The position numbers were made by a program, and so were the translations under genes. Shown here piece by piece: positions 42,257-52,473 of a stretch of 64,000 nucleotides of DNA (the first letter of the stretch is position 1; each line of letters opens with the position of its first letter). The notes beneath the pieces were generated by a model that was not told where the DNA came from, did no database searches, and saw only the letters and a list, made by a program, of their open reading frames with translations. Source of the stretch: an uncultured Candidatus Saccharibacteria bacterium (lineage in GTDB: Bacteria > Patescibacteriota > Minisyncoccia > Phycocordibacterales > UBA5272); NCBI GenBank assembly GCA_964468825.1, contig CAYXWO010000001.1, positions 3,234 through 67,233 of the forward strand. The letters are read 5' to 3'.

Positions 42257-42853
42257 ATGAATGAAGATTACAAAGAAGAACATCTAGAAAACGAAGTGAT
42301 AGACAATGAAGAAGTAACTTTTGAAGAGGTAAACGATGAAGGAGAGATTGATGCTAAGGCAACAATCAAAAAACTTAAAGACAAGCTCAAAAAGCTTGAA
42401 GCAGAAAAGCAAGAATACTTAGATCTAAGTCAGAGGACGAGAGCTGACTATGCTAACTTTAAAAAAGAAGTAGAAGCATCTCGAATATCCGACAGGAAGT
42501 TCGCAGCTAAGCGTCTCATCGAAGATTTGCTCCCAACACTAGACTCCTATGACATGGCGAAAGGAAATAAGGAGGCCTGGGAAAAGGTGGACCAGAACTG
42601 GAGAGTTGGCATCGAATATATATTCGGACAATTACGCACAGTACTTGAAAACCAAGGTGTAGTACAGTTCGGTGCGGTCGGAGATGTGTTTGATCCTAAT
42701 CTCCATGAGAGTATGGAAATGGTCTCAGTCGCAGACGAAAAAGTAAATGACAAGATAGTAAAAGTCTTACAGAGTGGTTATAAGATGAATGAGATGATAT
42801 TAAGACCAGCACGGGTACACACAGGTCGTTACGAGGTAACTACTAAAGAATAA
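42257..42853 (+). CDS. grpE: nucleotide exchange factor GrpE
   Basis: GrpE signature region (ADYANFKKE..., LLPTLDSYDMA). Confidence 0.85.
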   Translation: MNEDYKEEHLENEVIDNEEVTFEEVNDEGEIDAKATIKKLKDKLKKLEAEKQEYLDLSQRTRADYANFKKEVEASRISDRKFAAKRLIEDLLPTLDSYDMAKGNKEAWEKVDQNWRVGIEYIFGQLRTVLENQGVVQFGAVGDVFDPNLHESMEMVSVADEKVNDKIVKVLQSGYKMNEMILRPARVHTGRYEVTTKE

Positions 42854-42878
42854 CTATTAACTAGCAACTATTTATACT
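42848..42878 (+). promoter_or_regulatory. heptad repeats ATAACt ATTAACt AGCAACt upstream of dnaK
   Basis: Same motif family. Confidence 0.3.
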
Positions 42879-44762
42879 ATGGCAAAAATAATTGGAATTG
42901 ACTTAGGAACAACTAACTCAGCTGTCGCAATCATCGAAGCGGGACAGCCAAAGATAATCGAAAACATTGAAGGCAATCGCACGACACCCTCAATTGTCTC
43001 AGTGAATAAGAATGGCGAACGATCTGTTGGACAGATTGCTAAACGTCAGGCAGTAACTAACCCTGAGAATACTGTGTACGGCGTGAAGCGTTTTATGGGG
43101 CACTCTTTTGCAGACAAGGAGGTGCAGACAGATATTCCTCGTGTCGCATACAAGATAAAGTCTAGTGACAATGGAGGTGTGCTTATCACTCTTGGGGGCA
43201 AGGACTCCCGCCCAGAGGAGATATCTGCTATGATTCTTCAGAAAATAAAAGCTGATGTTGAAGCAAAAACTGGTGAGCCTGTTACTCAGGCAGTGATAAC
43301 TGTTCCTGCATACTTTAACGATACACAGCGTCAAGCTACAGTGGATGCAGGTAAGATTGCCGGACTCGAAGTGATGCGTATTATCCCGGAACCAACAGCT
43401 GCAGCTCTCGCATACGGGTTTAATTCTCAAAAGAATGAGAAGATTGCGGTGTATGACTTCGGCGGAGGGACATTTGATATCTCTATCCTTGAAGTGGGCG
43501 ACGGCGTCGTGGAAGTGAAATCAGTAGATGGAGACTCTCATCTAGGTGGACGCGATATTGATCAGAAGTTCGTAGAGTATATAGCGAACGAATTCAAGAA
43601 GGATCAGGGGATTGATGTTTCCAAGGACCCCCTTGCTCTTCAGAGGTTAGATGAGGCCGCTGAGAAGGCGAAACACGAACTTTCTACCCAGATGGAGACG
43701 GAGATTAACATTCCGTTTATTACCTCAGGAGCTGACGGTCCTAAGCACTTACTCATTAAGGTGACACGTGCGAAGCTAGAAGAGATTGCAAAGGAATTCG
43801 TAGATCGTTCAATTGAAATCACAAAGAGAGCAATTGACAATTCTCCGTTTAAAAAAGAAGAGATTCACGAAATCATTATGGTTGGTGGACAGACACGTAT
43901 GCCGATGATTGTAGAAGCTGTTAAGGCGCTCTTTGGTAAGGAGCCTAACAGATCTATTAACCCAGACGAGGTGGTAGCCCTTGGTGCAGCTGTTCAAGCG
44001 GGGGTACTACAAGGAGATGTAAAGGATGTGCTCCTCCTAGATGTGATTCCTCTTTCTCTTGGTATTGAGACCATGGGTGGCGTCGCTACTAAACTTGTTG
44101 AAAAGAACATGACTATTCCTACATCAAAGTCACAGATATTTTCTACCGCAGCAGATAATCAGACATCTGTAGAAATTCACATTACTCAAGGTGAGCGTGG
44201 CATGGCATCTGATAACAAGTCTCTCGGAAGATTCATCCTAGACGGTATTCCACCAGCTCCGCGCGGGGTTCCTCAGGTAGAAGTTACTTTTGACGTGGAT
44301 GCTAACGGCATCCTCCAGGTAAAAGCTAAGGACAAGACCTCAGGTAAGGAGCAGTCTATTCGTATCGAAGCTTCATCAGGACTAAGTGATGAAGATATCA
44401 AGCGTATGCAGCAAGATGCAGAGGCGCATGCTGAAGAGGATGCGAAGAAGAAAGAATTAGCAGAAGAGAAAAACATGGCAGACGCTCTTACCCATACAGC
44501 TGAGAAGGCACTTCGCGATGCAGAAGGGAAGATTGGTGATGATGTTAAGAAGGATGTCGAGGAAAAGATAGCGGCACTTAAGACTGCGCGCGGCTCAGAC
44601 GATAAGGATACTATCAAGTCCGCATCCCAGGCACTCTCTGACGCAATGATGAAGATAGGTGAAGCTATGAAGACTGCTAACGATAATGCTACTCAAGGCG
44701 CCGATGCAGAAGCTGGAAAGGCAGGCGACGAGGCACCAAAGACCGAAGGAGAAACAAAATAA
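42879..44762 (+). CDS. dnaK: chaperone DnaK (Hsp70)
   Basis: Hsp70 signatures [18 protein letters not shown]. Confidence 0.95.
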   Translation: MAKIIGIDLGTTNSAVAIIEAGQPKIIENIEGNRTTPSIVSVNKNGERSVGQIAKRQAVTNPENTVYGVKRFMGHSFADKEVQTDIPRVAYKIKSSDNGGVLITLGGKDSRPEEISAMILQKIKADVEAKTGEPVTQAVITVPAYFNDTQRQATVDAGKIAGLEVMRIIPEPTAAALAYGFNSQKNEKIAVYDFGGGTFDISILEVGDGVVEVKSVDGDSHLGGRDIDQKFVEYIANEFKKDQGIDVSKDPLALQRLDEAAEKAKHELSTQMETEINIPFITSGADGPKHLLIKVTRAKLEEIAKEFVDRSIEITKRAIDNSPFKKEEIHEIIMVGGQTRMPMIVEAVKALFGKEPNRSINPDEVVALGAAVQAGVLQGDVKDVLLLDVIPLSLGIETMGGVATKLVEKNMTIPTSKSQIFSTAADNQTSVEIHITQGERGMASDNKSLGRFILDGIPPAPRGVPQVEVTFDVDANGILQVKAKDKTSGKEQSIRIEASSGLSDEDIKRMQQDAEAHAEEDAKKKELAEEKNMADALTHTAEKALRDAEGKIGDDVKKDVEEKIAALKTARGSDDKDTIKSASQALSDAMMKIGEAMKTANDNATQGADAEAGKAGDEAPKTEGETK

Positions 44763-44790
44763 TTAACTTGTGCTAGAATAACTTCTACCT

Positions 44791-45867
44791 ATGGCAAAAG
44801 ACTACTATACACTTCTTGGGGTAGAGAAAGGGGCTAGTAAAGACGATATTAAAAAAGCTTTTTACAAGCTTGCTGCTAAGTATCACCCTGATAAGAAAGG
44901 AGGAGACGAAGCAAAGTTCAAAGAAATTAACGAAGCATATCAGACTCTCTCTGACGAAAAGAAACGAAAGGAATACGATACCTATGGTCAAACCTTTAAT
45001 GGCGCTGGACCACAAGGGGGTGGATTTGGTGGTTTCGGAGGCTTTAATCATGGAGACTTTTCTGACATGCAGTTTGATTTCGGAGACTTGGGTGATATCT
45101 TCGGTGACATGTTCGGTGGCTTCGGAGGTTCACGTCAAAAACGAGGTCGTGATATCTCACTTGAACTTGACGTACCATTTACGGAGGCAATCTTTGGAAC
45201 GGAACGCAATGTGTTAATTTCCAAGGTGTCTGCTTGCGTCACTTGTAATGCAACTGGTGCTCGTCCGGGGACCAAGAAAAAAACATGTACAACATGTAAT
45301 GGTCAAGGTAAAGTGCGTGATGTGAAGAAGACATTCATGGGAAGCTTCCAGACCGTAAAGACTTGTGATGTATGTAACGGACAAGGACAGGTTCCAGAAG
45401 AGAAGTGTAACGACTGTCGTGGTGCAGGTGTGGTTAACAAACGTGAAGAGATTAACATCGCAATACCAGCAGGTATTTCAAACGGTGAAATGATTCGAAT
45501 GTCAGGAATGGGAGAGGCTGTTCAAGGTGGTGTTACAGGTGATCTTTATGTAAAAGTGAATGTTATCACACACAAGCTATGGAAGCGTGAAGGTAATGAT
45601 CTCGTTATTACTCACGAGATAAAACTGACTGACGCACTTCTTGGGGCTAAGCATTCAGTCGACGGGCTTGACGGCAGTATTGATGTAGAAATTATCCCAG
45701 GTGCGACACACGGCGAGACCCTTCGGGTTAAGGGTCGTGGGGTTCCTCATGTCCATGAGAAGGGTAGACGAGGGGATGTACTCGTAAAGCTCTCAATTGC
45801 CATGCCTAAGAAGCTCTCGCGAAAAGCACTCGCTTTTGTGGAGGGGCTGAAGGAAGAGGGTCTATAA
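44791..45867 (+). CDS. dnaJ: chaperone DnaJ
   Basis: J-domain HPD, G/F region, four CxxCxGxG zinc-finger repeats. Confidence 0.9.
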   Translation: MAKDYYTLLGVEKGASKDDIKKAFYKLAAKYHPDKKGGDEAKFKEINEAYQTLSDEKKRKEYDTYGQTFNGAGPQGGGFGGFGGFNHGDFSDMQFDFGDLGDIFGDMFGGFGGSRQKRGRDISLELDVPFTEAIFGTERNVLISKVSACVTCNATGARPGTKKKTCTTCNGQGKVRDVKKTFMGSFQTVKTCDVCNGQGQVPEEKCNDCRGAGVVNKREEINIAIPAGISNGEMIRMSGMGEAVQGGVTGDLYVKVNVITHKLWKREGNDLVITHEIKLTDALLGAKHSVDGLDGSIDVEIIPGATHGETLRVKGRGVPHVHEKGRRGDVLVKLSIAMPKKLSRKALAFVEGLKEEGL

Positions 45868-46002
45868 GAGGTAGATGTTAGATTCTAGATGAAACAAAAA
45901 GAAAAGCGCGACCTTCGGTCGCGCTTTTCTTTTACTTTCTCTCAACTCTCTAGTAGTATTGTTTATATCTAAGGCTGTTCTTTATACAAGAAGGGGGTAA
46001 CA

Positions 46003-46599
46003 ATGACACCGGAAGTCGAACATCTACTAGCGAGATGCGGGCTATCATCTCAAGTCGAAGAGTGTGTGAATGACATACTTTCAAGGGCTCCAAGTGAGCT
46101 CACTAATCGACTGATGGCTGCCCTGCGTGAAGTTCAGGGCAGCTCAGTACTGTTCCCTCGGCTCGAAAGGGGCAGGTGGTATGTGGTGGCGCCTGCGACT
46201 TTAGCTGACCCGCCTCGTTGTCTTCTGGGTGAGGTGTTTATCAACGGCGTCGTCACCTTCCCGGACCTTGAGCACCCACCTGCAAGCTGCTCAAAGAAAG
46301 AAAGGGAGGAGTTCGACAAACTTTATGCCAACACATTTCTGGAAAAGTTACAACAGATCCAGAATTATGCGACAGCTCTTGCTCGTGCACACGAACTGAG
46401 TGAGGCAGGGAATGAAATGTTGGCACACGCTAAAGACTTTCTCGTGCTCAGTATCTATCACGCGGAGAGGAACCATGACACAAGCGGGAGCGCAGATAGG
46501 AGAGATGAACTTGCTCCGCATATTGAGAAAATGAAAAGCTGCCTCTCCGCGCTTCGAGCAGAGCAAAAGAGACGGCACGAAGAAAAAGGCTCCCAGTGA
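46003..46599 (+). CDS. hypothetical protein (198 aa), GC-rich (~57%) foreign cassette
   Basis: Own SD (AAGAAGGGGG) and terminator GGCTCCCAGTGAGCC+T7. Flanked by a host-type terminator upstream. Confidence 0.45.
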   Translation: MTPEVEHLLARCGLSSQVEECVNDILSRAPSELTNRLMAALREVQGSSVLFPRLERGRWYVVAPATLADPPRCLLGEVFINGVVTFPDLEHPPASCSKKEREEFDKLYANTFLEKLQQIQNYATALARAHELSEAGNEMLAHAKDFLVLSIYHAERNHDTSGSADRRDELAPHIEKMKSCLSALRAEQKRRHEEKGSQ

Positions 46600-46694
46600 G
46601 CCTTTTTTTGTTGTAAGTACGCATTCTTTAATGACGTCTTTCCTTTTCTACTTAAAAGAGTAGAATACGTATATTTATAGGTAATTAAGAAAGT

Positions 46695-48104
46695 ATGATA
46701 CTTATTATTTCTATAGTTTTTTATGCAGTTGTTATGTTAGCAGTAGGACTCTACGCATCTCGTAAGGTTAAGACTTCTACTGACTATGCGCTTGCTGGGA
46801 GATCTCTTCCTTTTTATATGGCCCTCGCCACCGTGTTTGCAACATGGTTTGGAAGTGAATCTATTTTAGGAACATCTACCAAGTTCGCAGAAGGAGGATT
46901 CTCCAACACCATCGAAGACCCGTTTGGATTCGCACTCTGTCTTATCATTATTGGTATTTTCTTTAACCGAAAATTATACGGTCTGAACTTCTTAACCATA
47001 GGGGATTACTTCAAGCATAGATACAATAATCTAATTGCGGTATTTCTCTCGCTTGTGATTATTGTAAGTTACTTTGGATGGGTTGCGGCACAGTTCTTAG
47101 CACTCGGTCTCGTTATCTCAACTATTTTTGCTGGTGTATCACTTCCTGTGGCTATTTTAATTTCAGCTGTAGTTGTTGTGCTCTATACATACTTTGGGGG
47201 GATGTATTCTGTGGCGACGCTTGATACAATTCAATCTGCTGTTATAGTAATTGGGCTTTCTGTTATAGCATTCTTCGTAGTTGGTGAGGTTGGAGGGTTC
47301 TCTTCACTCATTAATCAAACACCAGAGAGCTACTTTACTCTAACCCCAGGAATGAAGGGGTCAGGAATAGACTGGCTCATCTTTTTAACAGCGCTTATGA
47401 CGGCTGCGTTTGGGAGTATCCCACAGCAAGACGTTTACCAAAGGGCCATGAGTGCCAAAAGTGCTGCCGTATCTATGTGGGCGTCGGTAATTGGAGGTGT
47501 TCTATACCTCTCTATTGTAATGCTTCCTATTACTATCGCTACGGCAGCTAAGATTTTATATCCAGAGATAGCTGCAAATGATGTTGCGAATTTGCTCCTT
47601 CGTACCGTGCAAGAACACACCCCACTCCCGCTACAGATTCTTTTCTTTGGTGCTCTTATTTCTGCGATTGTGTCGACAGCGTCCGGTGCACTCTTAGCTC
47701 CTGGAACGTTACTTGCTGAAAATATCGTGAAGCCATTTTATAAAAATATTCATGACGGACTTAGGTTAAAAGTAATAAGAGTTGCGGTTGTTCTCGTTGC
47801 GTTCGTAGCGGTCCTCTTGGCGCTTAAAGATGATGTGCGTATTTATGAGTTAGTAATTAGCGCATACACGATAACTCTAGTTGCTGGTTTTATTCCTCTT
47901 GTGTTTGGGCTCTATACAAAATGGGCGAATGAATTCGGCGCCTTCTTCGCGGTGATATCCGGGATACTGTTTTGGCAGGTCGCATCATTTTCTGAGACAG
48001 AGATACCTGCGGCATTCATTGGTTTCTGTGCATCGCTTATAGCAATTATTGTTGGTTCATATGTTGGAAATCGTCTAGATAAGACACAAAGAGTCACACG
48101 TTAA
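46695..48104 (+). CDS. sodium:solute symporter family transporter
   Basis: 13 TM helices. The N-terminal 'DYALAGRSLP' motif is typical of the SSS family. Confidence 0.75.
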   Translation: MILIISIVFYAVVMLAVGLYASRKVKTSTDYALAGRSLPFYMALATVFATWFGSESILGTSTKFAEGGFSNTIEDPFGFALCLIIIGIFFNRKLYGLNFLTIGDYFKHRYNNLIAVFLSLVIIVSYFGWVAAQFLALGLVISTIFAGVSLPVAILISAVVVVLYTYFGGMYSVATLDTIQSAVIVIGLSVIAFFVVGEVGGFSSLINQTPESYFTLTPGMKGSGIDWLIFLTALMTAAFGSIPQQDVYQRAMSAKSAAVSMWASVIGGVLYLSIVMLPITIATAAKILYPEIAANDVANLLLRTVQEHTPLPLQILFFGALISAIVSTASGALLAPGTLLAENIVKPFYKNIHDGLRLKVIRVAVVLVAFVAVLLALKDDVRIYELVISAYTITLVAGFIPLVFGLYTKWANEFGAFFAVISGILFWQVASFSETEIPAAFIGFCASLIAIIVGSYVGNRLDKTQRVTR

Positions 48105-48129
48105 TTGTTTTCGAAAAGAACAAGGGGTT

Positions 48130-48882
48130 GTGCTAGAATGGAGGTATATGGAACTATTATCATTACCACTTCTAACAATTGTATTTGCTTTGATTATTTC
48201 TGGTTTACGCGTTGTTGACCAGTATGAACGCGCTATCGTACTTACGCTAGGTAAGTTCACTTCGATGCGAAGCGCTGGTCTTACGTGGATATTCCCAGGG
48301 ATTCAGAGAATGATAAAAGTGGACATGCGTATACGAACTGTAGATATTCCTCAGCAGGAAGTGATAACTAAAGATAACGTACCTCTTAACATCAATGCTG
48401 TGGTGTACTATCAGATCGAGGATGCAGAAAAGGCTATCCTTAATATTCAAGACTACCCAACTGCTGTTGCTGATTTTTCTCAGGTTGCGCTGTGTGACGT
48501 TGTTGGAGGATTCGAACTAGATAATGTTCTCTCTGAACGAGAGGTAATAGCAGATAGAATAAAAATAATAGTTGATAAGACAACAGAAAGTTGGGGAATT
48601 AATATTACCGCAATTAAGCTCCAAGATATTGAGCTCCCTGATGACATGAAGCGCATTATGGCAAAGCAGGCAGAAAGTGAAAGAGAGAGGCGCTCTGTAA
48701 TTATTAGAGCAGAAGGAGAGCTCGAGGCATCTAAGAAGCTTGCAGAGGCAGCTAAGGTGCTAGCTGAGACAAATGGAGGTCTCGCCATGCGTACGCTTCA
48801 AACAATTGAAAAGTCTAGCAATAATACCGTGTGGGCAATACCAACAGAAATACTACAAGGCTTTGCTAACTTTAAGAAATAA
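48130..48882 (+). CDS. SPFH/band-7 (stomatin-like) membrane protein
   Basis: N-terminal TM helix plus SPFH domain and coiled-coil. Confidence 0.75.
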   Translation: MLEWRYMELLSLPLLTIVFALIISGLRVVDQYERAIVLTLGKFTSMRSAGLTWIFPGIQRMIKVDMRIRTVDIPQQEVITKDNVPLNINAVVYYQIEDAEKAILNIQDYPTAVADFSQVALCDVVGGFELDNVLSEREVIADRIKIIVDKTTESWGINITAIKLQDIELPDDMKRIMAKQAESERERRSVIIRAEGELEASKKLAEAAKVLAETNGGLAMRTLQTIEKSSNNTVWAIPTEILQGFANFKK

Positions 48883-48884
48883 CT

Positions 48885-49862
48885 ATGTCACAAAAAGTTC
48901 TCCTTTCAGGAATCCAGGCAACAGGGAAGTTGCATTTCGGTAATTACTTTGGCGCGATGAAGCAGAATATTGACCTTGCTAATAGTGGCGACTATGAAGC
49001 GTATATTTTTATCGCTGATTATCATGCTCTCACTACGGTGAAGGATAAGAATGCACTCCGTGAAAGCGCGCTTGAAATTGCTGCTGCGTATATCGCGTGT
49101 GGGCTCGACCTCACTAAGGCTACACTTTTCCGTCAGTCATCTGTTCCTGAGCATACAGAACTTGCGTGGGTATTTAATAACGTGGTAACTATGCCATACC
49201 TTATGCGTGCACACGCGTTTAAAGATCATGAGGCGAAAGATAAAGAGGTGAATCTCGGTCTCTTCGATTACCCAGTTCTTATGGCGGCGGATATTCTTAT
49301 GTATCAGGCTGATGTTGTGCCTGTTGGACAAGACCAGAAGCAGCATGTGGAGTATGCTCGTGATATCGCAGGATTCTACAATCGTGCCTGGAGTGTCGAG
49401 CAGTTCAAGCTTCCGAAAGACATGATTCTCGAATCCGTAGCAACCATCCCAGGGGTTGATGGTGCAAAGATGAGTAAGAGCAAAGGGAATGTTATCTCAC
49501 TTTTTGGAACAGACGATGAGGTAAAGAAGGCTGTGATGGGTATCGTCACAGATTCAGCTCGTCCAGAAGATAAGAAGAATGCAGACGAAAATAATATTTT
49601 TAATATTCATAAGCATTTCTTAGACGAGGCGGGTCAAGCATCCCTTCGTGCAAAGTTTGAAAACGGTGGATACGGCTACAAGGACGCAAAGGAAGAGTTG
49701 CTTGCAACTATTATGAACTGGAGAGAAGGGAAGAAAGAAAGATTTGATGAACTCATGAGTAATCCTGGTCAGATTGTCGCAATCTTAGAAGAAGGCGGTA
49801 AAAAGGCGAGAGCAAAAGCAGAGGTGACAATGTCTCAAGTGAGAGAACAGGTTGGGCTATAA
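48885..49862 (+). CDS. trpS: tryptophan--tRNA ligase
   Basis: 'SGIQATGKLHFGNY' (HIGH-like) and 'KMSKS'. Confidence 0.9.
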   Translation: MSQKVLLSGIQATGKLHFGNYFGAMKQNIDLANSGDYEAYIFIADYHALTTVKDKNALRESALEIAAAYIACGLDLTKATLFRQSSVPEHTELAWVFNNVVTMPYLMRAHAFKDHEAKDKEVNLGLFDYPVLMAADILMYQADVVPVGQDQKQHVEYARDIAGFYNRAWSVEQFKLPKDMILESVATIPGVDGAKMSKSKGNVISLFGTDDEVKKAVMGIVTDSARPEDKKNADENNIFNIHKHFLDEAGQASLRAKFENGGYGYKDAKEELLATIMNWREGKKERFDELMSNPGQIVAILEEGGKKARAKAEVTMSQVREQVGL

Positions 49863-49866
49863 ATTG

Positions 49867-49896
49867 AAAAGCGCAGCCGAGGCCGCGCTTTTGCAG
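49867..49896. terminator. bidirectional terminator AAAAGCGCAGCC-gag-GCCGCGCTTTT
   Basis: Hairpin shared by convergent genes. Confidence 0.55.
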
Positions 49897-49917
49897 ATAA
49901 GGTCTTTGTGTGCATTT

Positions 49918-50400
49918 TTACTGAAGCTTTTGCTGCTCATTTAGCCTTCGGCGCCGTCTTGACCTTGTGAAGTCTTGAGCCAGAGAAAACCAGCCAATCG
50001 GAATGTCATCCTTGTCTTCGTAGAGGGAAGCTGGTACAACCTCAAACGAGTCACACAAGGTTTCCAGTACCTCTGCTTCAGAGTGATGTAAAAGCACCAC
50101 TCGCTCCTTCATTAGTACTGACCCTCGTCCAATCATCATCATGAGGAGCGACGAGAAGATGTCAGAAAATGCTTCAGTCTCATTGGCCACTATATCTGCT
50201 TCTTGATGGATGAGAATGAACCCACAGCAATCCAGTATTTCAGAAGCCTTCATATGTGAGCCGTAGAAGTCCTTCACAGAAACTGGAAGGGCAGTGCTCG
50301 ATGCCTCTTCAAGCGCTCTGCTCATTCTATCCAAAAAAATTGGATTGGCGTAAGCGACAACTACGATCTCTAAAGAACCTGTCATTCTCGAAATGTTCAC
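49918..50400 (-). CDS. hypothetical protein (~160 aa; GTG start after AGGAGG)
   Basis: The track ORF uses a TTG start at 50439. The GTG at 50400 with AGGAGG 5 nt upstream is the better start. ~47% GC. Confidence 0.4.
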   Translation of the reverse strand: MNISRMTGSLEIVVVAYANPIFLDRMSRALEEASSTALPVSVKDFYGSHMKASEILDCCGFILIHQEADIVANETEAFSDIFSSLLMMMIGRGSVLMKERVVLLHHSEAEVLETLCDSFEVVPASLYEDKDDIPIGWFSLAQDFTRSRRRRRLNEQQKLQ

Positions 50401-50471
50401 GGGGACCTCCTGTGTTTTGAGTTTAGCGTATGCTACCAAAAATATACCTTTTTTGCTATAATAAAATTTCT

Positions 50472-51887
50472 ATGCGTACGTATATTAAAGATATTTCTTC
50501 ATCTGTGGGTCAGGAGGTTGTTGTAAAAGCCTGGGTTGACGTCCGTCGCGATCAAGGCAAAATGGTCTTTTTGGACCTTCGTGATGTGACTGGGAAGGTT
50601 CAGGGAGTGGTGCTTCCTAACCATGCAGAAGCACTCGAAGTAGCTCAAAAGCTTCGTACCGAGTGGGTTGTCGAGGTGAAAGCTCAGGTGAACAAGCGAC
50701 CAGACAGAAACATTAAGGCAGGTATCTTAAATGGAGATATGGAACTAGAAGTCCTCTCTATCGCAGTTCTGAATGAAGCGACAACGCCAGCTTTTGATAT
50801 CTCAACTGATGGTCATGAAATAGGCGAAGAGGTGAGACTAGAGAAGAAGTACCTCGACCTTCGTCGCGCCCGACTCCAGAGAAACATACAGATGCGTCAC
50901 AAGGTGATTAAGCTCGTTCGTGATGAGCTCGATACGCAAAACTTTTTTGAAATCGAAACGCCACTTCTCACTAACCCGACACCAGAAGGCTCACGTTCGT
51001 ACCTCGTACCATCTCGCCTTTGGCAAGGATCTTTCTATGCGCTCCCTCAGTCCCCTCAACAGTATAAGCAGCTTCTCATGTCATCAGGTTTTGAGAGATA
51101 TTTCCAGATTGCTAAATGTATGCGTGATGAGGACACTCGTGGTGATCGTCAGCCTGAGTTCACTCAGATGGACATGGAAATGAGTTTCGTGGAAAGAGAA
51201 GATGTAATGAAGGTGAACGAAGATCTGCTAGTAAAGATTGTTACGACACTTTTCCCTGAGAAAAAGATACAAGAGACACCTTTCCCTCGTTTTACCTACA
51301 AGGAAGTCATGGAGAAATACAACTCCGACAAGCCTGACATCAGAGAAGACAAGAATGACCCTAACTTACTTGCATTTTGTTGGGTGACAGACTTTCCTGC
51401 TTTTGAAAAGACCGGGGAGGATAACGTGGATGACACAGGCGCGTGGACATTTACCCATAACCCATTCACCGGAGTTTTAAATGACTACAAGAACGATCTT
51501 CTTGAAAAGAAAAATATCGAGAATATTATTTCTACACAATATGACATCGCACTTAATGGGTATGAGATCGGTGGAGGGGGCATTAGACTTCATGACCCGG
51601 TAGCACTACGCCGTGTATTTGAAATCATGGGATACTCTGAAGAGAGAATTAATCAGAACTTCGGCCACATGCTAGAAGCGCTCGGCTCAGGTACTCCACC
51701 ACACGGTGGTATCGCTTGGGGTCTTGATCGCCTCCTTATGATTCTGCTTAACGAGCCTAATATTCGTGAAGTAATGGCGTTCCCAAAGACAGGGGAAGGG
51801 AGAGATTTACTCATGCAGGCCCCGTCGCCGGCTGCTCCAAAGGTGCTCCGTGAGCTTGGTATAGAAGTTAAAAATAAGGGTAAATAA
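50472..51887 (+). CDS. aspS: aspartate--tRNA ligase (short, GAD-insertion-less form)
   Basis: OB-fold N-domain and class II motifs 'FQIAKCMRDEDTRGDRQPEFTQMDMEMSF'. Confidence 0.85.
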   Translation: MRTYIKDISSSVGQEVVVKAWVDVRRDQGKMVFLDLRDVTGKVQGVVLPNHAEALEVAQKLRTEWVVEVKAQVNKRPDRNIKAGILNGDMELEVLSIAVLNEATTPAFDISTDGHEIGEEVRLEKKYLDLRRARLQRNIQMRHKVIKLVRDELDTQNFFEIETPLLTNPTPEGSRSYLVPSRLWQGSFYALPQSPQQYKQLLMSSGFERYFQIAKCMRDEDTRGDRQPEFTQMDMEMSFVEREDVMKVNEDLLVKIVTTLFPEKKIQETPFPRFTYKEVMEKYNSDKPDIREDKNDPNLLAFCWVTDFPAFEKTGEDNVDDTGAWTFTHNPFTGVLNDYKNDLLEKKNIENIISTQYDIALNGYEIGGGGIRLHDPVALRRVFEIMGYSEERINQNFGHMLEALGSGTPPHGGIAWGLDRLLMILLNEPNIREVMAFPKTGEGRDLLMQAPSPAAPKVLRELGIEVKNKGK

Positions 51888-51922
51888 AAGCGAGCTAAGT
51901 CCTAAAGGGGTTTGCGTCGTAG

Positions 51923-51950
51923 TTGACTTTGCATGCATTAGTGGTATAAT
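51923..51950 (+). promoter_or_regulatory. near-consensus promoter TTGACT-16-TATAAT of GC-rich cassette
   Basis: Hexamers at 51923-28 and 51945-50, then SD AGGAGA and ATG at 52002. Confidence 0.4.
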
Positions 51951-52001
51951 AATAACACTGCCGTTTTGGCATTGTTGTTGTTTACATAGGAGACAGGTTC
52001 A

Positions 52002-52400
52002 ATGAAAAAATGGTTCCTTAATCATTTTCGGCTGGTGGCCGCTGCAGCATTCTTTTGCCTTGCGGGTTGGGCCGGGAAACAGGCCTTGGCACAGACATCG
52101 TCTGACCAGGGTGATCGCCCCCGTGTGATGAAGTTCACTTACGTCAAGAGCAAAGAGTCATGCATCGATGTTTTTACTCGTCTTGACGAGAAAGTGAGCA
52201 TCTCAGACTGCATCAAGGCAGCAGAACGCGTCGGGATCGACGTGATGTGGTATCGTCCAGATATCACCAAACCACCGACCTACATCCTCAACATCCATCC
52301 TGGTGACAAGGTTGGCGTATATGTGGATGGGGACAAAAAGACCATGATCATTTTTCCGAGGGAGCATGTTCGCAATCTGTCGCATCCTATTGCTCAGTGA
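52002..52400 (+). CDS. small secreted/lipoprotein-like protein (132 aa), GC-rich (~55%) cassette
   Basis: Signal peptide MKKWFLNHFRLVAAAAFFCLAGWAG, with its own promoter and terminator. Confidence 0.45.
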   Translation: MKKWFLNHFRLVAAAAFFCLAGWAGKQALAQTSSDQGDRPRVMKFTYVKSKESCIDVFTRLDEKVSISDCIKAAERVGIDVMWYRPDITKPPTYILNIHPGDKVGVYVDGDKKTMIIFPREHVRNLSHPIAQ

Positions 52401-52411
52401 GTTGGGTGCGG

Positions 52412-52452
52412 TAGATAGCCCGTTTACGCGATGCGTAATCGGGCTATCTTTT
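52412..52452 (+). terminator. intrinsic terminator GATAGCCCG...CGGGCTATC+T
   Basis: 9-bp stem followed by TTTTTAT. Confidence 0.55.
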
Positions 52453-52473
52453 TATATGCTATAGTGAATATAC

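Noticed and set aside
49918-50439. Treating the 173-aa minus-strand ORF as another foreign cassette
   Set aside because: GC is only moderately elevated (~47%) and it shares the bidirectional terminator with trpS. It was left as a native hypothetical gene, with the start moved to the GTG that has an AGGAGG.
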